Position numbers and translations under genes: made by a program. A DNA stretch of 64,000 nucleotides, taken from IMG/VR virus record IMGVR_UViG_2791355477_000007; one strand, written 5' to 3'. Below the pieces are notes generated by a model that made no database searches, was not told the origin of the DNA, and saw only the letters and a program-made list of their open reading frames with translations. Source of the DNA: a virus (taxonomy: Duplodnaviria > Heunggongvirae > Uroviricota > Caudoviricetes). The first letter of the stretch is position 1. The number at the start of each line of letters is the position of its first letter. This document shows, piece after piece, positions 49,487 to 59,337 of the stretch.

Positions 49487-50029
49487 TTATGCAATTCTTT
49501 TGATTTGTTCCCATTTGTTTTTGTCATTCTCTATATTGGAGATTAATTTCTCAATGATTTCTTTCTGCATTTTTACAGAAACAAAGTCCGTTGCATTCAT
49601 TAAATTTCCTTTATCAAACAGAATTTTCATCTCTGCTAATTTGTTTTTTAATTCTTTTAATGTCATAGCGTCCAATTCTGATTCATCAGAAATATGAGGA
49701 CGAATCAGCTCCCTTGAAGAAAAGAGAGATTCAATTTTATCTTCTTGTTCATCAGTCAAATCCTCTTTTGGCTCTATATACCAAAGTCCATCTGCTTGCC
49801 ACACGGACAACAAACTAACTTCCCAAGCACCAAATTCATTTTGTTTATTTAGACAACCATTCAAAACGGTATATTTCATACCATCTTTTTCAGAAATACA
49901 AACGAAACCATCCTTCATTAATTCAAATGCAACCATAAAAGGAAATCGTTTAAAATCAGGACTATTTATCAATTTCTTTTTAACTTCTACAAATTTCTTA
50001 CAAATTAATGAGTCGTATAACATTTCCAT
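49487..50029 (-). CDS. hypothetical protein
   Basis: 180 aa ORF. Confidence 0.7.
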   Translation of the reverse strand: MEMLYDSLICKKFVEVKKKLINSPDFKRFPFMVAFELMKDGFVCISEKDGMKYTVLNGCLNKQNEFGAWEVSLLSVWQADGLWYIEPKEDLTDEQEDKIESLFSSRELIRPHISDESELDAMTLKELKNKLAEMKILFDKGNLMNATDFVSVKMQKEIIEKLISNIENDKNKWEQIKRIA

Positions 50030-50043
50030 CCCTCACATTCTCA

Positions 50044-50086
50044 TTTACTATAGTCAATTATACAACTTAATATAAACTATAGTCAA
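50044..50086 (-). promoter_or_regulatory. tandem pair of palindrome-family sites / sigma-A promoter
   Basis: TTTACTATAGTCAA (50044) and TAAACTATAGTCAA (50073); minus strand TTGACT-N18-TATAAT. Confidence 0.75.
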
Positions 50087-50186
50087 TTTTATTTACATTA
50101 AAAAATAGACCATGTGAAAACAATGGTCTATTTTTATACACAACTATAAGGTTTTTGATTTTGAACGTGCAGGGAAATTATTCTCA

Positions 50187-50399
50187 TTAGAAATGTATTA
50201 TGCTCTTAATCCATTCAATAAGATGAATAGCTCCATAAACAACAATGCAGGGCACTATGAATGTAAAAAAGAAAATAACCAGGAATTGAATTGACCCTTC
50301 ATACTTATTCCAAAACCTGTTCGGATTTTCTTTTCGTCGCTTTCTTTTTTTATGTACTTTATGTATCTTCTTTAGCGTTTTTTTTAGTTTTCCATCCAC
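50187..50399 (-). CDS. small membrane protein
   Basis: basic N-terminus, one TM; AAGGAGG RBS. Confidence 0.6.
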   Translation of the reverse strand: MDGKLKKTLKKIHKVHKKRKRRKENPNRFWNKYEGSIQFLVIFFFTFIVPCIVVYGAIHLIEWIKSIIHF

Positions 50400-50400
50400 T

Positions 50401-50808
50401 TTATCCCTCCTTCACTATCTTTTTTATTTTCACTGGTTTGTACATCTCCACATCTTCTTTTTTTATCTGCTCTGTGTCAAAATACACGATGTATTTATTA
50501 TCATCTGTTTTTACATTTGCAGACAAATCTTTATTTATCCAAGAACTTGAATAAGACTCACCTAAAACCTCTCCCCCTCTATCAGAAAGTATAAACTTTT
50601 TCTTTTCTGTATTTAGTTCTTTCGCTATTAAATCCTCTGATATTTCAGCGTTCTTATGGGATTGCTCATGCTTATATTCAATCTTCTTATTCTCTTCGTC
50701 TAACACTTTCGTTAAAAAAAGATACCCAACTATAACTGAAGCAAAAACTATCATACACGCGAAAAATATCATTCCTGCTTCCACTGTATCATTTGAGTTC
50801 CTCACCAT
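50401..50808 (-). CDS. membrane-anchored protein
   Basis: N-terminal TM; GGAGG RBS. Confidence 0.7.
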   Translation of the reverse strand: MVRNSNDTVEAGMIFFACMIVFASVIVGYLFLTKVLDEENKKIEYKHEQSHKNAEISEDLIAKELNTEKKKFILSDRGGEVLGESYSSSWINKDLSANVKTDDNKYIVYFDTEQIKKEDVEMYKPVKIKKIVKEG

Positions 50809-50833
50809 TTATCCATTCCTCCATATAAAAATT

Positions 50834-51025
50834 CTATTCCGTTAACTCTTTCATCTCTCTAACAACATCTACTGACAATGTTGCCAATTCCTCTAACAAT
50901 GCAGACAGCTCTTCTGGAGACATATCCTTTCGAATTCCATATAGTTCTAATTGGTATTGAATTCGCCTCACTAAATCTAAATCTCTTTTTTGATTAATAG
51001 ACATTTGTTTATTCATCTCTAACAC
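50834..51025 (-). CDS. hypothetical protein
   Basis: GAGGTG RBS. Confidence 0.55.
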   Translation of the reverse strand: MLEMNKQMSINQKRDLDLVRRIQYQLELYGIRKDMSPEELSALLEELATLSVDVVREMKELTE

Positions 51026-51061
51026 CTCTCTTTACAAAAAATGACTACAACTGTAGCCACT

Positions 51062-51400
51062 CTATTTTTGATTTTGTTGTGATAACTTTTCATATACGAA
51101 ATTTTGCGATTTTAACTCTGTTAATTCTTTCTCATATCTATTCATTTCACTTTCCATGTCTTTCATTTTTTCAATTTGGTTAGCAATCTTCGCTTCAGCT
51201 TCAAGCTTCAATTTCTTTAATTGTTCCACTTCAGCAATTTGTTTATCTCTTTCAATCTTCGCTAATCGTTGTTCTTCCTCTAATTCATCTTTTAAATCGC
51301 TTGCTTTAAATCCCCATATTAAATAGCCAAAAATAAGCCCCATTAATAACGAACCAATACAGCAACCAATCATAACAAAAATAGCAACATTCGGATTCAT
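51062..51400 (-). CDS. membrane-anchored coiled-coil protein
   Basis: N-terminal TM, E/K-rich tail; AAGGAGG RBS. Confidence 0.75.
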   Translation of the reverse strand: MNPNVAIFVMIGCCIGSLLMGLIFGYLIWGFKASDLKDELEEEQRLAKIERDKQIAEVEQLKKLKLEAEAKIANQIEKMKDMESEMNRYEKELTELKSQNFVYEKLSQQNQK

Positions 51401-51450
51401 CTATACCGCCTCCTTTCTTTCAACAGTATACTATTATAGTATTAAATTTA

Positions 51451-51464
51451 TTAACTATAGTCAA
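51451..51464 (-). promoter_or_regulatory. palindrome-family site / sigma-A promoter
   Basis: TTAACTATAGTCAA; minus strand TTGACT-N17-TACTAT. Confidence 0.75.
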
Positions 51465-51576
51465 TTAAATGTGTGTTTAGTAAGCTACTAATGATAGAAA
51501 TATATTCATCCTAAATCCCTGTTTTTTCCGATTAAATTGCATATAATACATAAACAATAAAAGGAGTGGTGATAAA

Positions 51577-51762
51577 ATGAATCCATTAAAAAATAAAAAA
51601 GGTTATGTTTCAATCGAATCTATGATTATCAGTTCTCTAATCATTGCATTCTCTATGTTTTTAGTCATTAATTATTCAAATCATACAAATAACATCACAG
51701 ATAAAACTGCAAAGAATATTGATACTTCTATACATGAATACAAAGTTGTTAGTCCTCAGTAG
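51577..51762 (+). CDS. Flp/type IV pilin-like small protein
   Basis: class III signal KNKKG/YVSIE (E at +5) followed by a hydrophobic helix. Confidence 0.55.
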   Translation: MNPLKNKKGYVSIESMIISSLIIAFSMFLVINYSNHTNNITDKTAKNIDTSIHEYKVVSPQ

Positions 51763-51824
51763 CTAACAGCTTTGTATTTGGTTTGACGAACCTTTCAGTT
51801 CTTCATACAATGAGGTTATGACTA

Positions 51825-53408
51825 ATGCCTGGAGATGATTATATGCACATCAATTTAAACGATGGAACCAATCCCTTACTAAATAATTATTATTATATGC
51901 AACGAAATAAACTGGATATTGACTTCATTATGTTCATTGCTTTAGCCTCTGCTCCAAACGCTCATTCTTTGATTCATTCCAAATATAAAGAAAATGAATG
52001 GGAATACTATCAGGCTTATAAGGAAAGTCCGTATTCAAAAGAACCATTATTAAAGATATATCTAATTGAAACAGAAACTGTATTACGAAAACTTATTGGA
52101 ATATATGCCTACTGCAAAAATGACAGTCGAAATATACCTGTAGAAAGAAAAATGGAGCCTCTATTAACAATTATTAAGAAGGGGTATAGTAGGGCTTATC
52201 GCTTTGTGAATGAAAGGTCTGAATTCAATCTTATTGAATATACAGATTACCTAAAGAAGAAAAGTGGAGGGAAAAATCCACATACTGTTGAATTTATTTA
52301 TTCCGTTGCTATTTGCATTTACTTAGCATCAGTGTGGAAAAAACGAGCGTTGATACCTGAAGAATTCTTAAACACATATGATGAAATGTTAAACAGCCCT
52401 CATTCTTACCAATCAAAAAAATTCTTTTTAGAAAAGAATAAATCGGGTGTAAAAGAGTGTATGAATCAATTCGGAACGACAAAGATAGATGCTAATCAAT
52501 CTCTATTCCACTGGTTGACGGTAAACTACCTGCAAAGGATAAGTGAAAAAGAAGGAAAAGTATTGCCTAAAAAGGAAGAAGAAATGAATTCTTACCTTAT
52601 GTTACTTGGCAACTGGATAGAAACCTTAGATTTAGATCCTGTAGAAATACAAAATAAAGTTTTTCTATCAAGAGAAGAAATGGAATTAGTATTCCAAGAA
52701 GTGTTAATTGCAGATATTGAAAATGATACAATTTCCGATAAATTCGAATTATTAATCCCTACATACCTATTCATGATGGCTATGGCCAAAATGTATAAGG
52801 ACTTAAAAAAGATGTATTTAGAGGACAAGCAAGAGGAGACGTACCTTGCTAATAGAATTAAAGAGAAAAAGCTAAAAGAAAAAGAAGAATCTTTACAGAA
52901 GCTGAAGAAAACAACGGAATTTAAATTAAAAGAGGCGAAAGAGCAACATTTAGCACTGGAAAAACAAGTAAAAGAATTAGAGAAACAAAACGCTCGACTG
53001 GAGTCAGAGGTTGAAACGTTGTCTAAAGAAAAGAAAGAACTCTCTTCTTTAAGAAGCTTTATTTATGGCATGAATAGTGACATCCCTCAAGACACTATAA
53101 AACTTGATGACGTTATCCATTCATTAAAGAAAGTTAAAATAGCTGTATTTGGTGGTCATCCGAATTGGCAACTAAAAATAAAAGAGTCTTTACCTCACGT
53201 TCGAGTAATAGATGTTGATAGTTTAAACAAGAGTATTTCATTTATTAAAAACATGGACTATGTGTTTGTAAATACACATTACTTTAATCATACATTTTAC
53301 GAGAAAATTATGAAGGAAGTTAACAGGACAAATGCAGAACTTGTCTATTTAAATCGAACAACGAATACAGAAATGACATTGATGGAAATGCACTCTTATA
53401 TTAAATAA
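51825..53408 (+). CDS. coiled-coil protein with C-terminal DUF2325-like domain
   Basis: IAVFGGHPNW...DYVFVNTHYFNH. Confidence 0.7.
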   Translation: MPGDDYMHINLNDGTNPLLNNYYYMQRNKLDIDFIMFIALASAPNAHSLIHSKYKENEWEYYQAYKESPYSKEPLLKIYLIETETVLRKLIGIYAYCKNDSRNIPVERKMEPLLTIIKKGYSRAYRFVNERSEFNLIEYTDYLKKKSGGKNPHTVEFIYSVAICIYLASVWKKRALIPEEFLNTYDEMLNSPHSYQSKKFFLEKNKSGVKECMNQFGTTKIDANQSLFHWLTVNYLQRISEKEGKVLPKKEEEMNSYLMLLGNWIETLDLDPVEIQNKVFLSREEMELVFQEVLIADIENDTISDKFELLIPTYLFMMAMAKMYKDLKKMYLEDKQEETYLANRIKEKKLKEKEESLQKLKKTTEFKLKEAKEQHLALEKQVKELEKQNARLESEVETLSKEKKELSSLRSFIYGMNSDIPQDTIKLDDVIHSLKKVKIAVFGGHPNWQLKIKESLPHVRVIDVDSLNKSISFIKNMDYVFVNTHYFNHTFYEKIMKEVNRTNAELVYLNRTTNTEMTLMEMHSYIK

Positions 53409-53519
53409 ACAAAAGAGACCGTAGTTTGCTACAGTCTCTTTTTTCTGTCGATTCTTGATGTAAGGTTGACATGGATTGCATATCAACCATAAAGTCAGTA
53501 TTCTCTACTACTTCCAATT

Positions 53520-53894
53520 TTATTCCGAATCGCATTCAATTTCTATAATTTTATATGGTGTATTCCCTGACTCTTTCAAATCATACATATCTAAAACTTC
53601 ATTAATTGTATCAGTTCTTGAAACCAAGACTTTCTTTTGCAAGGAAACACATTCTCCCATAAAGCGATACACACAGTAATCCTTACCACATGTCTTCATG
53701 ACTCCTCCATCTTCATAGAACTCATCATCTGCAACATACACATACACTCTACTTTTCGTGAAATGAATTAGGAAAGACAATGTTTCTTTATCATCATCTT
53801 CTTCTTCTTCATACTCATCTACTTCATCGTCTTTAATATTAACTCGTTCTTTCCATTGAACTTGAGAATTTTCTTGTTTTCTAAAAGGCCACAT
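53520..53894 (-). CDS. hypothetical protein
   Basis: MWPFRK, acidic stretch. Confidence 0.65.
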   Translation of the reverse strand: MWPFRKQENSQVQWKERVNIKDDEVDEYEEEEDDDKETLSFLIHFTKSRVYVYVADDEFYEDGGVMKTCGKDYCVYRFMGECVSLQKKVLVSRTDTINEVLDMYDLKESGNTPYKIIEIECDSE

Positions 53895-53927
53895 TTAATT
53901 CCACCACTCTCAATCACTATTTTTTCA

Positions 53928-53941
53928 TTGACTTTAGTCAA
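53928..53941. promoter_or_regulatory. palindrome-family site
   Basis: TTGACTTTAGTCAA. Confidence 0.7.
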
Positions 53942-54017
53942 AAATAACACATCCCCCCTCTCCCTTCAATATCATTTTTGTTCGAGGACATAAAAAAAGA
54001 GAGATGAAATATCTCTC

Positions 54018-55472
54018 TTAACTAATACCTGTTAATAACTGATGGGCTAATGCAACTCTTTCTTTTGATTCTTCTTTCCTTAAATAACTCACATCTAAAT
54101 CTCCAAGTCTAACTCTATCTAAAGCATCACAATCTTTAAAACATTCATAAAGATTCCAAGTCATTTCTTTCGTACCCTTTGAAATAGCTTTAGATTTCTC
54201 TAAATGCTTTTTCGCTGATTCATCATCTTTACAATGATACTCTATAATGAATTTAATAATTTCTATATTTTCGTCTGTTAGAAACTCCAAATCATAATCA
54301 AAACGACCTTTTGTTCGAGGTGTAACATAATTTACGCCAACAAACGGAATAGCAACTAATTCTTCATGTTTTTCTATACTCCATTCACCATGCTTCGTAC
54401 AATAGCCATCGTGCTCCCTACCAATATCATGAAAAATAGCTACATTTGCCAATATTGCTCTTTCCACACTTGATAACTTCAAAGTTCGAGATAAAGATAA
54501 TACGAGAAGCAACACTCTTTTCACATGTAATGGACCATGAACACTTGTTGGGTTATGATAATATTCATCCAAAATGAATGTGTCTCTATATGTAGCAAAT
54601 TCATCAACGTACCCTTCGTCTTGCAATAGATTTAATTCTTTCATTACATCAAGCTCTTTTTTCTTTGTGATTTCAGTTATGTTCATAACATTAGATGGGT
54701 AAACAAGTATTTCAGATTCATTCCTATCTTCTATATAATCAATTACATTTTCCTTTAATACTTCCCCTTTATAAACACTACCTTTTACTGCAAACTTTCT
54801 GGCCACTTGAATATTTGTAGTCCAACTCATTGCAGTTTCATGAGAAACAGAGAATGTACCTTCTCCTCTATATACAACAACGAAATCATTATTGCTTAAC
54901 GAATTTAATTTCAGCATTAATTCTTTTTTAAATTCTTCTGTTTGACAAGAAATAGCCTCATCTATTACTTCTTTTTTTATGACCTTATGACTATAATTTA
55001 TATAAGTATATATTTCACGAAACAATTTATATCTCTCTTCACAAGGGATTTCTCTATAAATCTTATTTAGTATGTATGGCTTTAAAAAGTCTTCTGTAAA
55101 GCTAAAAACCTTATAAAAGTCCTTTGTCTTATATGCCTCTTTTACCAAATTTTCTTTCGCTTTAACTCTCTTTTCCATATCCATCATTATAAATGCCTGT
55201 TCGCTTATTTGAACTACAGAAACAAATACAATACCATCCCAATACCAAAAGGGTTCTGCAATATTCTTGCAAACATACATGTTTTCAGGGTTAATTCCGA
55301 ATTCATCACAAACTTCAATAACCTCATCAAACAAAGGAACTTCCAATTTCACAATTTCTTGTACTCTATTTTTTTCTTCTATAGAACAAATTGTTTTTAA
55401 TGGAATAAAGTCTTTTTCAACAATTGTAGAATTACTGTTTTTTTCGAACCAAGCATGACCAAGATTACTCAT
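54018..55472 (-). CDS. ART-like (R-S-E) domain fused to an HD phosphohydrolase domain
   Basis: VVYRG, SWTT, ESEILV; HGPLHVKRV, FHDIGR, DCDALDR. Confidence 0.75.
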   Translation of the reverse strand: MSNLGHAWFEKNSNSTIVEKDFIPLKTICSIEEKNRVQEIVKLEVPLFDEVIEVCDEFGINPENMYVCKNIAEPFWYWDGIVFVSVVQISEQAFIMMDMEKRVKAKENLVKEAYKTKDFYKVFSFTEDFLKPYILNKIYREIPCEERYKLFREIYTYINYSHKVIKKEVIDEAISCQTEEFKKELMLKLNSLSNNDFVVVYRGEGTFSVSHETAMSWTTNIQVARKFAVKGSVYKGEVLKENVIDYIEDRNESEILVYPSNVMNITEITKKKELDVMKELNLLQDEGYVDEFATYRDTFILDEYYHNPTSVHGPLHVKRVLLLVLSLSRTLKLSSVERAILANVAIFHDIGREHDGYCTKHGEWSIEKHEELVAIPFVGVNYVTPRTKGRFDYDLEFLTDENIEIIKFIIEYHCKDDESAKKHLEKSKAISKGTKEMTWNLYECFKDCDALDRVRLGDLDVSYLRKEESKERVALAHQLLTGIS

Positions 55473-55573
55473 AATAACTGACTCCTTTATACCTGCTGAT
55501 TTTATTATTATACACTATAAATATCTTTCTAAAGAAACAAGACTATAATAAATTTATAGTCTTGCACATCACT

Positions 55574-55768
55574 TTAATTCATATGAATATGTGTGTTAAT
55601 GAAGTAATTAATCCCATTTAATACACAAGGATTAACTGCAACTATTTTACGTAATACGTGAGAACTAATAGTATGACTATATCCTTTCACTCTATCTAAA
55701 ATCATATCTTTTTCTTCCTTTAGAGTAATTACAATTAGTTCTTTTACTTTCGTATTTACATTAATCAA
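55574..55768 (-). CDS. hypothetical protein
   Basis: TTG start, AAGGGA RBS. Confidence 0.4.
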   Translation of the reverse strand: MINVNTKVKELIVITLKEEKDMILDRVKGYSHTISSHVLRKIVAVNPCVLNGINYFINTHIHMN

Positions 55769-56063
55769 AATAAAATTCCCCTTTTTAATTGTTTAAATTC
55801 TCTTGAAATTGATGGATTTTCAAGAATTGATTGAATACCTGTTGTTTAATACAACCTGCTAAGAAAACTAACCTCCTAAGTTAAAATTCATCATTTACCT
55901 GTTTTATATATTCCTCTTATTTTATTAAAATAATGTTATCTATATAACATTTCACAAATCTATAATTTTATATTTAATATGAAAAACAATATAAAATGAA
56001 AAGTATTTTCATTTTATAAACATAATATTTTAAATAAAAAAAAGACCGCATTATATTAGCGGT

Positions 56064-57512
56064 CTACACAATATCTTTGTATTTGTTGAATTTAGGTAGG
56101 ACTTCTCTATCAAAGTAGGCTTTTAATAATGGCTTGGGTTTTTCCTTAAAAGCCTTCTTCCCTTCTTTGTCAGTTACCATCTTCACATATTGAGCATAGT
56201 AACTGTCAAATTGAGTTTTTTCCATTTTATCAATCATATTCCCTTTATCATTCTCAAGAATATCATCAATCCCTTTTCCTAATTCAGTTGCCCACATACA
56301 AACATATATGTTTTTATCAAACTCTTCTTTTAATTTATCTGTCATTTTTTTGAATTGATTATAGACGTTTATGTTATATGACATGTCAGCATCATAAGCA
56401 ATGCAAATATGTTTAATATCATATCCCGTTCTTTCCTCAATATCTTTGATTTCTTTTTCGATATTTCTCCAGTTACCAATACCTTGAACAGAAATAGCAA
56501 TACATCCATATGTACTTGCTATCTTTCTTGCTTTGAAGCGTCCTTCTGTAATAAATAATGTTGTATGCTTTATCTTTTCTGGATAAACAACATCTAAAGG
56601 AGCCCCTGCACCTGTTCCATTGATGTACATGTTACTTCTATCTTCTGCATCTGCAAATGTAGATGAGAACCAAATATAACGTCTGGAACTATCTTTCACT
56701 TCATCTAAACGAATTTGAATTCCTGCAATTTGACCTTTTGCATTCTTCATTGGGATACAGATACCTTCTTGTCTTCTATATGCATATATCGGAACTGTAA
56801 TTTCTCCATCCTTCGTTTGAAAGTCCATCTTACAGTTTTCTGTACAGAAGAAACCTGGGATATCCTTCAAAATTTCTGGCGTATAACCAAACTCTTCATA
56901 CATTGTATTATAAAAGTTTGTCAAGAAAGCAGAATGTCTTCCAGGGAATGAAAAGTAACCATCTTCTTCAATATCCTTATCCGATAAGCCTCTTCCTTTC
57001 AAATAAGCTTTATGTTCTTCCGTTAACTTATCATGTCCTTCACATAAAGAAATCCCTTTGCTAAATACAGAAAATACATTATGAAGAACTTCAATATCCG
57101 CTCTTTCTTCTTCATAATCCACTTTATCCATAGATGCAATGTAAGTTTTTCTTACTGTTTCAGCAACATCTACCTCTGCTTTATCACCAAACGCTTCTTT
57201 ATATTCTTCATTTGTAATCAAACCAAATTCCAGTGCAATTTTAATTGCTGATGCACCAAATGAAATCTTATCATACTTCGCAATGAATTTTACCGCATCT
57301 CCTCCTTCATCACAGGAGAAGCATTTGAATATTCCTTTTTTATTACTAATTGAAAAGGAACCTAATTTATTGTCATTATGAAATGGACATTTGGCTTGAA
57401 ATGAATGTCCACGTCTCACTACATCAATGCGAGTTTCCATCACACTTGAAATAGGAAGTTGTTTCACCTTCGCAATAACTTCTTCAATAAATTCTTCTCT
57501 ATTCATTTTCAT
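56064..57512 (-). CDS. DNA primase (CHC2 zinc finger plus TOPRIM/DUF3854-like)
   Basis: CPFHND...FKCFSC; ITEGRFKA; AYDAD; KGIDD. Confidence 0.85.
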   Translation of the reverse strand: MKMNREEFIEEVIAKVKQLPISSVMETRIDVVRRGHSFQAKCPFHNDNKLGSFSISNKKGIFKCFSCDEGGDAVKFIAKYDKISFGASAIKIALEFGLITNEEYKEAFGDKAEVDVAETVRKTYIASMDKVDYEEERADIEVLHNVFSVFSKGISLCEGHDKLTEEHKAYLKGRGLSDKDIEEDGYFSFPGRHSAFLTNFYNTMYEEFGYTPEILKDIPGFFCTENCKMDFQTKDGEITVPIYAYRRQEGICIPMKNAKGQIAGIQIRLDEVKDSSRRYIWFSSTFADAEDRSNMYINGTGAGAPLDVVYPEKIKHTTLFITEGRFKARKIASTYGCIAISVQGIGNWRNIEKEIKDIEERTGYDIKHICIAYDADMSYNINVYNQFKKMTDKLKEEFDKNIYVCMWATELGKGIDDILENDKGNMIDKMEKTQFDSYYAQYVKMVTDKEGKKAFKEKPKPLLKAYFDREVLPKFNKYKDIV

Positions 57513-57609
57513 AATAATTACCTCTCCTTAACGTTTCCTGTTTAAATTATGCAAAAGAAAAGAGCAAGGGACTTGTCCTTACTCTCTTTCCTTTGTACAT
57601 CCCTTTTAC

Positions 57610-58071
57610 TTAGAATGGTAAGTCGTCATCAGCAATATCAATCGGCTGACCAATATTATTATCCGATGGCTCTTCATTAGAACTTTGATTTCCGTTACCT
57701 TTACGTTTAATCGTGAAATCCCAAGCTGTTAAATCGAAATATTTGTTGCCATTATATTCTCGACTTTTTAAATCACCAGTAAAGATTACAGTGTCACCTT
57801 TTTGAACTGCTTTAGACATACGTTCACCTAATTGTTCCCAACCTGTAATGTTGATAAATTCGCTGTCTTTTTCTTGTACTTCGACTTTTAAAGCTTTACC
57901 AATTTTCTTCGTTACATTTTGAGAAACCATTGAAACTTTAGCTACCTTCTTGCCATTAGTAGTATCCTCTAATTCCACAGGTTTTGTAATGTAACCTTCA
58001 ATTGCACCAAACGCTTTGTTTTCCTCAGTATTTCGAAATGATACGAATGAATAATATTTTCTCTCTGCCAT
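57610..58071 (-). CDS. ssb: single-stranded DNA-binding protein
   Basis: OB-fold pattern (FINITGW, KGDTV, GDLKSREY) and DDDLPF tail. Confidence 0.9.
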   Translation of the reverse strand: MAERKYYSFVSFRNTEENKAFGAIEGYITKPVELEDTTNGKKVAKVSMVSQNVTKKIGKALKVEVQEKDSEFINITGWEQLGERMSKAVQKGDTVIFTGDLKSREYNGNKYFDLTAWDFTIKRKGNGNQSSNEEPSDNNIGQPIDIADDDLPF

Positions 58072-58161
58072 AATAAATAACACTCCTCAGATTTTATTTG
58101 ATTTTATAAAAATACCTAATTTATATACTTATATGTATTGTATTTTATCTATAAGTTTTTT

Positions 58162-58203
58162 ATAACTAAAGTTAATGATAAATCACTTTTTGACTAAAGT
58201 CAA
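58162..58203 (-). promoter_or_regulatory. tandem pair of palindrome-family sites upstream of ssb-primase
   Basis: ATAACTAAAGTTAA (58162) and TTGACTAAAGTCAA (58190); minus strand TTGACT-N17-TATCAT. Confidence 0.7.
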
Positions 58204-58244
58204 TAAAAAAGACAAGCGATATATTCTACTTGTCTTCCTTGTTA

Positions 58245-59333
58245 CTATTGAATGATAGGCATTGCAAATTCTTTTGGAACATCTAATGTATATGCAATTT
58301 TCTCGCCACGAATATCTGTAATTTCTAAACGAGTTCCTTTTTTAGAATACACATATCCCTTTGAAGCAACACTGTTACTTTTTTCATAATCAACAATCTT
58401 ACGATTATTAGGAGTCTGGAATGGTCGTACATCTTTCTTAAACTTATCCTTATTATTTAAAACTTGGATGAGTTGTTTTGGATGTGTTTTCTCATTTACT
58501 TTTTGCGAATAAATAAGTGTTTCATCATCTCCATCTGGGACTAATGGTTCTACACGATTAGACTCAAATTTATGCATCTCTTTTACATATAAGTCATCTG
58601 CTCGTAAACGTAACACAATGGAGTCTTCTTTTCCATTTCCGAATTTGTTATAGGCAATAATCTCGTTTTTAACTGCAAATAAACCTGTTGTACTATCACC
58701 AATTTCAATTTTCTTTTCTTTCTCATCTTTTAAATCAACACTATGAATGAAACTATTTGTAGCAAATACCAACTGTCCTTTATCAACTAAAAAGTCACTT
58801 ACTTCTTCAGTAGATGCATATTTTTTATACGTTGATTTATCTTTGACATGCGTTAATTCTTTTTTATCTTTTGACAAGAATACAATATTCTTTCCATCTG
58901 ATTGGAATGAATCAAAATCCACTAAAGCATCTGAAACAGATACAATCTCTTTATTATGTAACTGCTTTTCATTTACTGTGATTTCATAGAACGTGTGATT
59001 TTTCTGATTGTATGCATACACAGATTCTAAATTTTTACTTCTTGCAAATTTAAATTCATTCCCTTTCCCATCTCCTAAAGAAACATTGTCTAATTCATCT
59101 CCACTCTTTGTATCCAATAAAGACACCTTCCCATTTTTGTCTCCTGTGACAATTGTATCTGCCAGTTTAATATGTTTATCAAAGAGTGTTTCATTTTTAC
59201 TTTTAGTTTCATTGTCATGAAAGAAAACAAAATACACACCAGTTCCAATCCCAATCGTTACAGCTATACTTAATCCTACAAGTAATTTATCTTTATGCTT
59301 TTGAAATAAATATTTCATTTTTGTTCTATCCAT
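58245..59333 (-). CDS. membrane-anchored extracellular protein, possibly beta-propeller
   Basis: N-terminal TM; beta-rich repeats. Confidence 0.7.
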   Translation of the reverse strand: MDRTKMKYLFQKHKDKLLVGLSIAVTIGIGTGVYFVFFHDNETKSKNETLFDKHIKLADTIVTGDKNGKVSLLDTKSGDELDNVSLGDGKGNEFKFARSKNLESVYAYNQKNHTFYEITVNEKQLHNKEIVSVSDALVDFDSFQSDGKNIVFLSKDKKELTHVKDKSTYKKYASTEEVSDFLVDKGQLVFATNSFIHSVDLKDEKEKKIEIGDSTTGLFAVKNEIIAYNKFGNGKEDSIVLRLRADDLYVKEMHKFESNRVEPLVPDGDDETLIYSQKVNEKTHPKQLIQVLNNKDKFKKDVRPFQTPNNRKIVDYEKSNSVASKGYVYSKKGTRLEITDIRGEKIAYTLDVPKEFAMPIIQ

Positions 59334-59337
59334 ACTT

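Noticed and set aside
55538-55564. CAAGACTATAA...TTATAGTCTTG as another palindrome-family site
   Set aside because: The half-sites are separated by an extra loop and it follows a stop codon, so a terminator hairpin is more likely.
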